From Phoronis australis (lineage: Eukaryota > Animalia > Phoronida), in contig NMRA01000128.1 in the NCBI GenBank assembly GCA_002633005.1, positions 423,165 through 487,164 on the forward strand: a DNA stretch of 64,000 nt. The letters run 5' to 3'. Below are positions 1 through 12,918 of this stretch, piece by piece; position 1 is the stretch's first letter, and every line of letters starts with the position of its first letter. The position numbers were made by a program, and so were the translations under genes. The notes beneath the pieces were generated by a model, which worked only from the letters and a program-made list of their open reading frames with translations, was not told the DNA's origin and made no database searches.

Positions 1-4
1 ACTT

Positions 5-337
5 CGTGAAAGAACAACAGTTGATTGAAGAAAAGAAAATGGCCAATAGGTGACGCAATATTTCATGGCGCCGAAAGCTGACGCAGAAGATCGCTCCAGA
101 ACTTTAGCAGCAGAATAATGGTAGAACGCCATTTTTCCAACACCGTTTACTCAAGTAAGACTGTAGTTTTTAATTGCATTAATTTGTGTCAGATTATGTA
201 TTACTACTTTTTTACCCACATCTGCGCAAAGCTGTATATTTAGTATACAGCTTTGTACCAAGGCTACATGAAATGTAGCGTCACCTGTTGCCCATTTTCT
301 TTTCAGCTGATTCTTCAATGAACTGATCTTCTTTGAC
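5..337. mobile_element. MITE-like inverted-repeat element
   Basis: ~8-68 (AAGAAAATGGCCAATAGGTGACGCAATATTTCATG) is an imperfect reverse complement of ~267-337 (CATGAAATGTAGCGTCACCTGTTGCCCATTTTCTT). Confidence 0.6.
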
Positions 338-808
338 ATTGCAAACATGTCACAACAAATTGTCAGAACAATTTTCACTTCACAATAAATTTTTAGTATT
401 TTAATAATATCAGCAAACCAAATTTCAGAACAAACTTTGCTGCTGCCAAGGTACTATCATCTCCCGTGAGATGTCGTTAAAAAAATTTAGGAAATGGCAC
501 GTGCGCATGCTGATGGACTTTTTTTGTTACAAAAGGCAGAGAATTATGCAAGAAAATGATATTTATTAAGATTGTTTTTCACTTATAAAAGGGCTTCAAC
601 TGACGAGGTGTGTTGTCGTTTGACTCCCAGTCCTACTGGAATTGCTGTTTTCTTAGCCACATCACATGTTACAAATCATCTGTTAACAGTCATGTTTTCA
701 TACAGCCAAAGTCAGGAAGGTTTAATGATGCTGACAGTGGATTCACTTGTCAAAATTAATTGAATGGTGGTTTTAAGCACTTTAAACTCTTTGTTTACTC
801 TGTTTCAG

Positions 809-3800
809 GCTTTTGCCTTTGCTGCCAGGAGAGGCTATGCGTCCAGCTCTGTAAGAGTTTAATTGTTATTTATGATTGATGAATTGTCAGTTTACAATCA
901 TCATTTGCAACTTGCAACTTTTGATATAGAGATGTTTAGAATTTCACTGATTGATTTGTAATTTTGTCAAAATTTGTGTTAATTGAATGGTTTTGCAAAT
1001 TAGTCTAACTTTCTTGGTATATGAATGATTTGTATCTGGTATTTATCTCATCTATACAAACAATTTTGTTTGTCAGGCTCTGACTTAATTTCCTCAGTAA
1101 AATTAAAATTTGAAATTATCCTTCAATCATGATGATAAAGTTAAGTAGTAGAAATTTGATTGTTTTGCTTTGCAGGTGTCAACCACCAAGCTTTTCCTTG
1201 ATGGCAAATTTGTCGAGTCGCAAGCCACGGATTGGATTGACCTGCACAACCCAGTATGTAACCATAGAAACAAAAAAGGCTAAGTAATTTTCTCTGGCAT
1301 TGCTATCAGGTAAAATATATATATGTAGGTTTTCTGTGTTGTGTGAATTTGTCTTAGTCTATTTACTTATATGTGCGTAATTAAGCCTTCACGCCTATAT
1401 GTGAAACTGTATACATCTGGAATTATGCATTTGTGACTAGGTAAATTTTCTTTAACTTAGAACACAATATGACATTACAGTGAAATATTTTATAAAAAAA
1501 TTCCAACAAAAGTAATTGGGAAGAAATCTTTACTTTTTTTTCACGGTTCAGATATATGCACATGCACACGCACACGCACACACACACACACACCTGTCAT
1601 CTACAAACACATGATTACTTTGAACTTTTTTGTGTGCCCACGTATACCAGTACACATGTGAGTGCGTGTTGCTGTCGTCTCTGAACATGCTGTCTTGTAA
1701 TTTGCGTCCGACACCCTTTGCTGTATCTCCTAAACCTCTTGCCGGATCTTAATGAAATTTGCGATATGTGTTTCTATGTAGCTGATGGCAAATGCATCGT
1801 AGAAAAATGACCTTATTTGGCTAACTTCAGAACATCATATCATTTTCATAAATTTGTTTGTATTTATATGAAAACTTCAGAGGCCATGCTTTATGCATTG
1901 TTCTCTAAAACGCTGTTTGGAATTGTTTTTAAAATGTTCTATTTTTGCATGGTATGATATCAAAATATTACACCTTTAAAGATTTTGATGAAAAAATTAA
2001 AAGTTATATAAAACAAAAACGAAATGTTGAATTAGAAAACCTTAACAGATTTTTTGATAGTTCACCTTGAAAATTAATATCTAATGAGGCGCATATGTCT
2101 ATATGTGAAGCACTTAAGTAAAAACAATTCTGCAACAAAATGTTATTTTCATTATTTGCATATGGCCAAAATACCTGCAAATAGGGTGTGCCATTCTGCA
2201 GCCTTTTCTTTGATTGTCTCTATACTGTCTTGAGTATCCAATAAAAAGTAAAAAATTGCAAACAAAATAATCAGTTACTGTTGATAATAATCGTTCACCA
2301 TAGTGGTTATGCTTGTTCTAGTTTTAAACACATTTGTTGTTTTTGAATTTGAATTTGTACATTAATTTCTTAAAAGTATATTAAAAAATGGTTTTAAGAT
2401 TAGGTTCTTTTGCATAAAAGCCAAAAAGTTTGTGATCAGCTTTACATTGGGGCAGTCACGTGACAATAATATTTCGGCACCTCCACGCCATACAAACCAT
2501 GTAGTTTCAGGATATCACGATTGCCATTGCAGGCCACAAATGAGGTGATCACCCGTGTGCCCAAGTCGACTCAGACTGAGATGGAGGATGCAGTGGAATC
2601 GTGTAAGGAGGCATATAAGACCTGGTCTAACACCACAGTGCTGCATCGACAGGGGATTATGTTTAAGTACCAACGACTGATTCAAGAAAATCTGGTCAGT
2701 GTAACAGCTTTCAAGCAAAAGTGACATTTTCTTGCTGATGACCGGCAATATTCACTCACAAAATTTACCATTTTGTTTGAATTTTATTCACTGGTTGTAT
2801 GATTTTCTTCTCTCCAATCTTATCCAAAGTTGTTCATAAGATTGTTCACAGTCTTTTAAGCTCAGCATGTCTTCAGCTAATTACCCAAGTCATCATTTTT
2901 CTTTCAACACTAGAGGACTTCGATGTAAAGTTTTCATGTTTTGAATGAGGGTTATGTTGCTTTTATAGGACAACATAGCTGCCAACATTACTTTAGAACA
3001 AGGAAAGACATTGGCTGATGCAAGAGGAGACGTGCTGAGAGGACTTCGTAAGACTTTTACCATTCTTTGTCGCATGGCTATGGCTTTTCCTGTTGGTTTT
3101 ATGTATGTTTTAATGAATGACTAAGTGTGCCTTTGTAATCATTGTTCCTTTCTCGATCAGCTTGTAATTCTCTCGCGAGAAATCATTTGTCTTATCTCAG
3201 TTTCATTTTGTTTGTGATTTCATACATATTATTAACGTTTGAATAATGACAACAAGAAGCTTTAGTCAGAGAATGGATGCCTGGATGGCTACAAGTAGAG
3301 TTCACAGAAAATTCCAAAACACGCAAAAATACCAGAACAGGATTGGCTAGCAATCAGCAAATCACAGCTCAGTGTAACAGTGTTGATGACAGGGACACAT
3401 GTGTATTAAGTGAGGGTGTTTCTGAACACTGAATGTGAATAGCTTCACGCAGTTTCAAGTGATAGTGATTAGTATAACTGTCAATAATTGTAAAGCCGTG
3501 TTCCCCAGCGACCTCTCTACAAGCAGCATTGTTTTCTAATTGTCTAAAAATATGTGAATTCTTGTCGCTAATTGTTCCTTCATCCTTGTAGTCAAGTGAC
3601 GAATTATCTCAACAATATTAGTTGCTTGACAACAACTACATTCAAATTTATACACTACATGGGATTTTAGAGCAAAAGGAATGTTATCTTCAACACCAAG
3701 TAAACTTGAAACCGGGCACGACTTAAATACAAGCTGAACTACCATCTTCTTTGAATAAAGCTTGACAATGGTAGATGTTTTACTGCCGAAACATGTCAGA

Positions 3801-6800
3801 AAAGTTGTTGTCTTTATTCAAACTTTACTTGTGTTCGTCAGTCCAAGATCTTTCAGTAGAGATAACAGATTATAAGCATCTATCAGTCCTCTCTGCCTTG
3901 CTGCTGAAGAGACACAACATGTGTTTTTACATTGCAGAGGTGGTTGAACACTGTTGCAGTATCACTTCACTTCAGCTTGGTGAAACTTTGCCAAACGTTG
4001 CCAAGGACATGGACCTTTACAGCTATCGGCTGCCAATAGGTGTCACCGCTGGCATAACGCCCTTCAACTTTCCAGCCATGATTCCGTTATGGGTGAGAGG
4101 GAGAATGTCTGTCTGCAGTTCCTCTAAAAATATTTTGATTAATTGGCTGAAAGCACTTTGTGTGTTCAAACTAGTTTTTCTACTATTAGTGAATGGAAAA
4201 GAAAAGGGAAGGGGGCGGCTGAGAAAAGTATTAATTTTCATCTTTTTGAGCAAGATTTTCCTATTAGAGGCTACACATTATAGAAGCAGCTGTAATCCCT
4301 TCATCAGCTGTGAGAGTATCTAAGGTGCCGTGTCCTTGCAGATGTTTCCCATGGCTCTGATTTGTGGTAACACCAGTGTTATGAAGCCATCGGAGCGTGA
4401 CCCAGGAGCTTGCATGATGCTAATGGAACTTGCCAATGAGGCCGGGTTCCCTGCTGGCACGGTTAACGTCATTCACGGTGCACACGACGGTAAGTTAGGA
4501 CTCGTTGATTCTTTTTCTAAAAACACTTCATTCATGATCCTTTGAATACATAGCTGCAAAACATTTTCTGGCAATTATCTCAAGCTAGTTTGTTCTAAAA
4601 TTTAATCAGTACAATAACTGTACATCTGACTAAGACTAAATGTCTCTGGCTGCTGCTTGATTTGCTCTTGTTATTTTGTTTCTATGTTTACATTGTGACC
4701 ATGTGCTTAAGTAAGAACAGCTTTGTAGTTTTGCAAAACCAGTCTTACTTAAAGCTATATTTTGTCGCTGTTTAGCTGTCAATGAATTGAACTCTTAACC
4801 AATAAAGCACTTTGGTGTTTCAGTCATGAGTTGTCGTATGAGCTGACAACTCCCAAGTCACAGACAATGCATACACATGCCAGTTCCAATTCCGCAATTG
4901 TAGGGTTGGCCAATCGCAAGAAAGTCTGAAGTGTTTATTGAGTTTTTGTCACAACTTGGCCAAACAGAGCAAAGCTTGTATGTTTTTCCATTTCAGCTGT
5001 TAACTTCATCTGTGATCACAAAGACATACGAGCCATTTCGTTTGTGGGTTCAGATCAGGCTGTAAGTATTCCTTTCAACTTCACCATGTTGTTTTAATTG
5101 CAACATTCTCAGATGATGCCTGTTCAGGTTTAGAAGTCAACAATGCAATTCATCAATAGTCAAAAACTGACTTAATGAATTCCTTGAAAATTCTGTCCAT
5201 CTCTGTTAAGAGTAGTGGTGGGGACAACAGTTAAATGAGGTCAGAAATATGTGAAAATTTGGCTGGTAATTTCTAGATTTTATGCATCATTACCACCTGC
5301 TACTGTGTTGAATCAGCTGCAGATTGAGTGCAAGACTGCAGCTTATTGTTCTCATCTTTGGACAGGATTAGTAACAATTCATCAAAAACAACTAATCAAA
5401 AACAACTACACATTTGGAATAGAAAACATCCAGCCTACAGTTCTTTTATATTTTACAGTGGCAGATCTACATTTTCAGTAAGGGGGTTGAGGATTCGCGC
5501 GAATCCGAGGCGCATAGCGCCGAGTGGAGGGAAGGTTGGGAGGGGGTTTCCCCCTTCCCCTGTAAGATTTTTTTTGTTTTTTTTTGTAGCTGATTTTGTT
5601 TTCGTGGTGACCTTTTAAAATTTTTATTTTTGATCCTGTCCCGAGGGGGGGTTGAACTCCCTGAACCCTCCCCTGTAGATCCGCCTCTGTTTTAAAAGCA
5701 CTAAAGCGACTTTCAGATGACCCAAAATTCCGAATTTAGTGTCAGCCGTCACTGACAAAGATGAAATGGTATTTTTTGATTCACGGAGTGCGTGATATCT
5801 TTGAACATCTAGTCTAACAATAAGTAGTAATCTGAGAAGAATTTACTACAACTATGTGAAATCTTCCTTGTCTTAAGTCTCTGTCCATTCATCAGTGAAC
5901 AGGTGTTCATCCAATACTCTATCTCCATCTACCGAAAAAGTTTATTTCATTATGTGCCCTGTATATCAGAAAATAGCTGATAACTGATTGTTGTGTGGTG
6001 CAGGGCCAGTACATCTACGAGCGAGGATGTAAGAATGGCAAACGAGTGCAGAGCAATATGGGAGCCAAGAATCATGGTGTTATCATGCCAGATGCTAACA
6101 AAGAAGCCACACTCAATGCTGTGAGTATCAGTTGCGTGTCTGTGAATGTTACATTTGAGGTTGAAGTGCATTGAATTTACAAATTCATAACCTTATATTG
6201 TGGGACCAAGTGTGCAAAATGGTTATGCTTCCTTATTTGTTGGACGTGACCATTGTGGCCATTGGAGACCTTTGTTGTAATAGGCATCAGTTTGCAAGTG
6301 TATACTAGTATTTGCCTCAGATACCACAAGTACTTGTGGCAACATAAACAGCAACCCAACTTAGCAGAGACTCGAACACACATTCCCTTAGGCAGGAATC
6401 AAGCAGGTGAACTATTATACCACAGGTGATCTATAGGTCAGTGAAAGTATTTAAATTCAGCTGGTCTTACAAAAGTCCTAATTATATCTAAAACTATAGA
6501 TAACCGTTTCTAGTGTTTGTGTGTTTGTAAATATTACATCCATGAGACTTGCAAGTATTTTATATGTAAACAAACGTACTAGTTGCAGAACCTGCCTTAT
6601 TCCATTAGCAGAGGTAATAGAAAAGACGCTACTAGTAGATTTCTGGCAGGTAGAATACCTGGTCATCTGTACTTGAAGACAATGCTTAAGTTATTCATCC
6701 TGTGAACTCAGTTTCATAAAATGTTAAGAGAAGCAAACTTGACCATTTCAACACTTGGGATCATACGCAGATTGGATGTGTTTGTTCCAGTTGGTCGGTG

Positions 6801-8903
6801 CTGCCTACGGTGCCGCTGGACAGCGGTGCATGGCACTCTCAACAGCCATCTTTGTTGGTGAGGCGAAGAACTGGATCCCGGAACTCATTGAACGATCAAA
6901 GAGCCTTAAAGTTAATGCTGGTATGAACTGAATAGGTCTTCGAGGCCACCTATTAAGAATACATAAAAACCTACAAATCTAGTCAAATGCAATCACACTA
7001 GCATAAGCTTTGTTGCCATGGTTTGAAATGAGGTGCTTTGTATTTCCTCAAATTACGGCAAAATTCATCCTATGTACTTTGTTGATCAAAAATGTTCAGA
7101 AATGGTGTGGCATTGACTTAATCTAGATTTGTCAATATTGTCTTCTATTTGTTTCTTGAAAGGTCATGTTGAGGGCGCTGACCTTGGACCTTTGATCTCA
7201 CCTGCTGCTAAGCAACGGGTGTGTGATCTTGTCCAATCAGGAGTGGATGAAGGTGCTGATCTTTTGTTGGATGGACGTGATGTCTCAGTGCCAGGATATC
7301 CAAATGGCAACTTTGTTGGACCAACAGTGCTGCATAATGTTCAGGTATGTTGCCATTAAAAGCTTTTTGTCGCACGTAGATTTCATATTTAAGTATGTTA
7401 TCTTGAGTACAATTTTACTCATCTTCAGTTATCCAAGTCTTTGTAATACAGTTATATTTCGTAATAATTAATTTCCCTAAAACAATTATTACTTAATTCG
7501 GCATATTTTCATCAATGCATTGTCTCATTGAGACTAAACTTTCATTTTTTATTAATTTTAGTTTTATTTGTCAGCTATTTGTTGTGAATATGTAAGTGAA
7601 AGAGATCAGACTTTTTCTGTTTGTTTTTTTTGTTTTAGAAGAATTATTCACTCTGTTATTGACAGTGGGATGTTTTCCATGTAACCTGTAAAGTATGTTG
7701 ACCATATTGCACGATGAATTTTTCCTCAGCCTTCCATGAAGTGCTATACTGAAGAGATATTTGGACCCGTTCTTGTCAGCATGGAGTGCGACACACTTGA
7801 TGAAGCCATCTCTACTATCAACAGTAACCCGTACGGCAATGGCACTGCCATATTTACCACAAACGGTGCGACTGCTCGCAAATTCACAGCTGAGATTGAT
7901 GTAGGTCAGGTTGGAGTCAACGTGCCCATCCCTGTACCCCTGCCTATGTTCTCCTTCACTGGCTCTCGCGGATCATTCTGGGGAGACTGCAATTTCTACG
8001 GAAAAGCGGTAAGCTTGTGTCAGAATTCAGCATCAAATTTTTTTTGAAGACGAATGCATCACGACCTACACAGAGCAGCCTTTGTGTAGCAGAGAAAATT
8101 CGTTGTCAGAAAATTTGTTTGTATGGGTAGAAACCGTGATTGTGTTCGTCAGTTGATCTATGGCCAGGATTTTGATTGACACCTTAACTGAGCAATCGTA
8201 ACGCAGCATTCTTGACACACCTTCGTTTCCATGCCGCCATTTTACCCGACAAACAACACATTGCCGGGTAAAACTTATTGTTTGTTAGTCGACATTTCGC
8301 AAGGGGGCAGAGCTTGCGATAGGTCAATTATCAAGATGTAATGAACGCTAAATATTTGTAGGCCAAGTGCTGTAAGCTGATACACAATGTTGGTCAAATT
8401 AAACTGTGTTCTGTATTCTACTGAAACTCACAATTTCGTAACATCTTTGTGGAGAAATGTTTAATCATCGCCTAACATTGGCAAATGTTTTTAGTTGCTG
8501 CTATGGATTAGGAAATGTTATGTTTGAATTACCAAGGTATCTTTTTGATTCAGTTTTGAAATGAAGAAATATGTGAGGTTATAACTGAGTTCTTGTGAGG
8601 AGAGCACTGTCTTGCGACGAAACACTAGTTTGGCTTTTTAATTAGTGTTTTACAATGTTCAGTCTTTGTATTACCATTTTTCATCACATACATATAGCAC
8701 GACACTAAGTGAATTAGTTTTGAGCAAAAATACCACATTTTAACATACCTCTGTGTCATGTACTTAGTCAAGTAAATATTTCAGCATGATTTTCTTCTTA
8801 GGGAATCAACTTCTTCACCCAGTTCAAGACAGTCACCTCTCAGTGGAGATCTGACGATGCCACGCCCACTGGAAGCGCAACGAGCATGCCTGTGATGAGA
8901 TAA
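809..8903 (+). CDS. ALDH6A1: Methylmalonate-semialdehyde dehydrogenase (acylating), mitochondrial; 5' exon not found (probably upstream of window)
   Basis: GT-AG exons with consistent phase: 809-850, 1176-1253, 2533-2694, 2969-3047, 3938-4092, 4342-4489, 4997-5061, 6004-6120, 6791-6920, 7163-7344, 7730-8008, 8802-8903 (TAA). Family motifs [47 protein letters not shown] (catalytic Cys), [30 protein letters not shown]. Confidence 0.96.
1558..1592. repeat. (CA)n microsatellite
   Basis: Direct reading. Confidence 0.85.
3400..3845 (-). mobile_element. Penelope-like retroelement remnant (GIY-YIG endonuclease region) in an ALDH6A1 intron
   Basis: Minus translation [26 protein letters not shown], later [19 protein letters not shown]; degenerate. 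Confidence 0.75.
5456..5689. mobile_element. Short MITE with CAGTGGC(A/G)GATCT-type termini
   Basis: CAGTGGCAGATCTAC ... GTAGATCCGCCTCTG; related starts near 31629, 42703 and 43388. Confidence 0.65.
8151..8329. mobile_element. MITE of the AATTGACCTATCGCAAGCT terminal-repeat family
   Basis: AGTTGATCTAT ... AGCTTGCGATAGGTCAATT; same terminus as at 13346 and 15544. Confidence 0.5.
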
Positions 8904-9422
8904 ACACCTGATGTTGAGCTACACCGTACTGTGTGCTCTAAAAACACATTTACCTGGAAGAAGAATATGAGATCATGTCTTGAGTTGCATTTACAAAACT
9001 GAAGAATGTGTTTAGGATATATTCGTTTTGTGTTTATCTTTACTGTATTATCATGCATTGTAAGATATTTTGGGCTGGGAGGGGGTAACTTTTTCTGAAT
9101 AATGGCTTAGAATTTTGCGAATGATAGTAAATCATGAGTGTCTTGTTCACACACAATAGGCTTTTTGAAATTGACATGCAAGGTCAGTGAACCCGCTTTT
9201 TGCCATACAACTGTCCTGTGTAAGTAATCACAGCTTCAAGGGTTTATGGTCCTGGTTGAGAATATAACTGTTTTATTACTCCCTATGGGTTTTGAATAGG
9301 TAAGCCTGTAATGTGATGAGTGATTGTGTATCTGTATAAGTGATCTATATTTATGATTCGTGGCAGCTATATTGTGGCACAAACGTAATCATCATGGTAG
9401 TGCTCTTGTTCAAATTATAAAA

Positions 9423-9428
9423 AATAAA
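9423..9428 (+). terminator. Candidate poly(A) signal of ALDH6A1
   Basis: AATAAA ~520 bp after the stop codon, followed by GT-rich sequence. Confidence 0.4.
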
Positions 9429-12400
9429 TATATTTGGCTACTGGGTTTGTTCTCTCACTACACTTTTAGGGCAACAAAACACGGTTTCTGTCAAAAACAA
9501 GTTTTGATTTAGGCCACTTACTGTTACAGAACGATTTAAACTTGTTCATTACTCAAGTCAGAAATAATTTTCAGGGTTGTGAAGAACTGACCGCGTTGCT
9601 TCTTCAGACCCATTCAGTGTCTTGTCACAGGATAGTGTCACTCGCCAAGGCAGGCACGGGCGTTATGACCCTCGGGATTCATGGCATTTTATTCCAACCA
9701 ATTTCAATTCAAAGGATAGGAAATCAATGACCCTTGCTTTGGAGAGCAAATATGCATGTGATATTTTTAACACAAAAACTTTTGTAAGGCGGCCATAAAC
9801 CCACTCACCATCACACAAAATTCAGCTTTTGAGTTAGAGCCACTTGCTGCCTCAGATTGTTAATTAGTCCGAAAACGGGTGTTATTTCTACAGAGCTTGG
9901 AAAACTTGACAGTTTTTTATTGGTTGAAACCAATCTCTACAAGTAAAATTGTCACAGGGTGTCATTTTATTTGCGGAACAGTATGGTTTAATAAAACTAC
10001 ATAAGCTTAGTATGCAAGTGAATGCCTTATAATTTGACTTGTTTTTCACCTATAATTTCTCCAAGGAGAATTTTTTATTATCACACATTAGTGTCCGATT
10101 GCAGCTATCTGATTCGATTCAAACAGGTTTGTTGCTGCCTCATTTTGTTTGACTGGCTACGCTGAATGTATTCCAATACATGAGAGGAAGAGGAATTATC
10201 AGTACAACCGCGTTTGTTGTCATCTGCATTGGTTACAGAGGAGCGAGTAAAAGATATGGAATACAAAACAGCAAAGGACCGTCGCACTAATAGTGGAACT
10301 CTACCATTTTTTGTCCCTTCATGGTGAAGAAGGATACCGTCTCTCTCGTTAGAATTTAGTGGAAATGAAATCCGGAACATATGAGCGTACCTGAGGCCCC
10401 GGGGTGGGGTGGGATCATTCATATTGACAAGGTGGCCGCTGTATCAAAAATTGCAGGTAGGCGGCACTTTTTCAGGAAGTTTTGAAGACCCCGCGCGTGA
10501 TCCAATAGGCTCCTAAATTTTCATTTCGTCACAGCAAAATGCCCATTGCGTTGGCCTCAGCTCCACCAAAGGCGCACTGGCTGTCTTCCTGCAGAAAAAT
10601 CTACCCCAGTTAGCCTAATATCTAAATGTTCCAAAGTTAGCTAAATTTGGACATTTTTAGGTTCCTATGTGTAATCTTAAGGTATACCCGATACATCAGT
10701 TATTTTGAAGATACTATAACTACATACGGCATTTGTATAGTATGGTATTTCACTTGTTAAATATATTTATGTGAGGATATGGACCCCTCTGGACTAGTCC
10801 ACTAATCCTTAGTACAGGACTACACGTCGCTTTCCCAGCCTTCTTATTGGACTATTGTTATCATTTGCTTTGAGTTTGGCCAGCTCTTGTCTCTCGTAGC
10901 TTGGGGGTGATGATTGTCACGCGTATTCTCTTATCCAATCTCGTGTTTCAGTTATCTTCTTTGTGACGACCGCATCGACATACGTTCTAAAACTTATTCA
11001 TTTTTCCCACCCACTATCATCCTTCATTTCATCATTTTCTGATACCCTCGTGTGGCTGGCGCTTTTTTATTGCCCTTCTTAGCAGAAATCATTGTGTTTT
11101 ATTTTACGTATTTTTTCTTCGCAATCAATCACTTGTAATTGTATACCGTACATCATCATATACGACATTATATTGCCTATCATGGTCTCCTTTTCATCTC
11201 AGTCTGGTAACGAGATTGTGATGCATGTATCATTTAAAGTAAACATTTTGGAAAATACCCGATAAAACTAAAACTTTGGGATACCAGGAATTGTCAAGAA
11301 AACTAACCCACTGAGTGATGATTAAGACTTCAACTACTGTAGTATAACGAGCTATCGGAAACTGCCAGCAAGAAAGATATACTTCAGCGACAACACATGG
11401 CCGCTAGATCGAGGAACCATGAAAAGGATTTCCAAAGAGTCCTTTCATTACGTTGTCTACTAAACAATGCTTTTAAAGAAAAGCAACAGACGTGTTTTTA
11501 AAAATCATCTTTAATCAAAATGATCTAGAAATAGTCATCACAACACTTTCAAATAGCCTCCCAACAATTGTAATGACGTCCGTGTCAGAGGCCCTGATCA
11601 ATGTATTGCCATTTGAGTTGGCTAAGTGGAAGGTAAGAAGAGCGTCGACTTCTTCATGGGAACCTTGAGAATCCGTTTGATGATCAGATGTCATAGTACC
11701 ACTGTAAGAAAGGCGAATGCAGTTTACATGTCGCCATGTTAGACAGCAATTGTTTGCCCCCTAAAAATGGTCCATATAGGTCTTTCTACCATTCTTGCAG
11801 GAGAAATGTTGCCAACTCTGTTCTTAAATGTTCCATTCTGCATACCAGGAGTTTTTCATCAAGACAGTTTTAGGTGTTAAATTCGTGTTACGCTGTTTTA
11901 TGGAAAGGAGTTACATTTGTCTTAAATGAAAAGTTAGGCCTAAAAGCTGTTGTGTTTAGCCTAATTAGTGTTTACCTGTACCTACTGTTATCTGTAGTAC
12001 TTGACTACATCCGTGAACTAAAATTAAAAAAAATAAATAAAAGTTTACCTTGTAAAAGAACCCAATCCAGTTCTTCGTTTTGCTGACAGCGTACTGTGTA
12101 TTTTCCAATTGGCAGGCTCTTTGCGGACTGTCCCACTTTTTGATTTTTTCCACCATTCCGACAAACCATTTAAATGTCTCGCTTTTTAACGCATGGCTAA
12201 ACTGACATCCTATCATATACTATTATAATTAAACTTGCGACATAGCCATATTTTTTTCGCTCGGCTGAAGTAGAAAAAAACAAGACAGTTTTAAGTTCTA
12301 TCTGAGCTCATTATGCTACAGTACCTGCGGTCTTAATTAATGTTTATTTGATGACAGTTCCTGATATCCCAAAGTCAAGTTTTCCAAAATGCACATCCAT

Positions 12401-12492
12401 TGACGCTAATTAATGTTAAGCATGGAGAGAGTTCAGTTTTAGCTCGTGGTACCTCGAACATCCGATCTCATAGCTCAAATTTTCAATAGTAT

Positions 12493-12840
12493 ACCGTGGT
12501 TGACATTTTTGGAGGTTTCTGGCAGGCACAACCCAGAGTTTATTGTCTGTTATGGGGCAGTTTAGCCGGGGACCCGTGACATGTATTGAATCACATGGAA
12601 TTGTTTTTTTGTAGTACCTCGAATATATGAGCTAGCTCATTTTTGGGGATCCCGGCTTTTTTATTTATGCCGGACCCATTCCAGAGTACAATTTGTTTGT
12701 CATAGGCCATTTGGTGTTCAGTGCAGTTGTTGGTTTTTCAGTTTTGGCCGGTAGGCCTACCTCGAATATCTTAGCTAGCTCATTTTTTGACTCCCTTGTA
12801 TGGTCCCCAGGGGTCGCACCCAGAGTGCAGACAACAGCAA
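12493..12840 (+). mobile_element. Internal part of the repeat family seen at 35696 and 56977, ending ~80 bp before the PNN start codon
   Basis: CCGTGGTTGA..CCCATTCCAGAGT..CACCCAGAGTGCAGACAAC collinear with ~35798-36137; terminal arms absent. Confidence 0.8.
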
Positions 12841-12918
12841 CTCTCGAGTCAATATAGCACCGTTTCGGCAGGGGGCAGCACTGTTCATCAGCCTCGCACA
12901 TGCGCTTTAGCAATAAAC

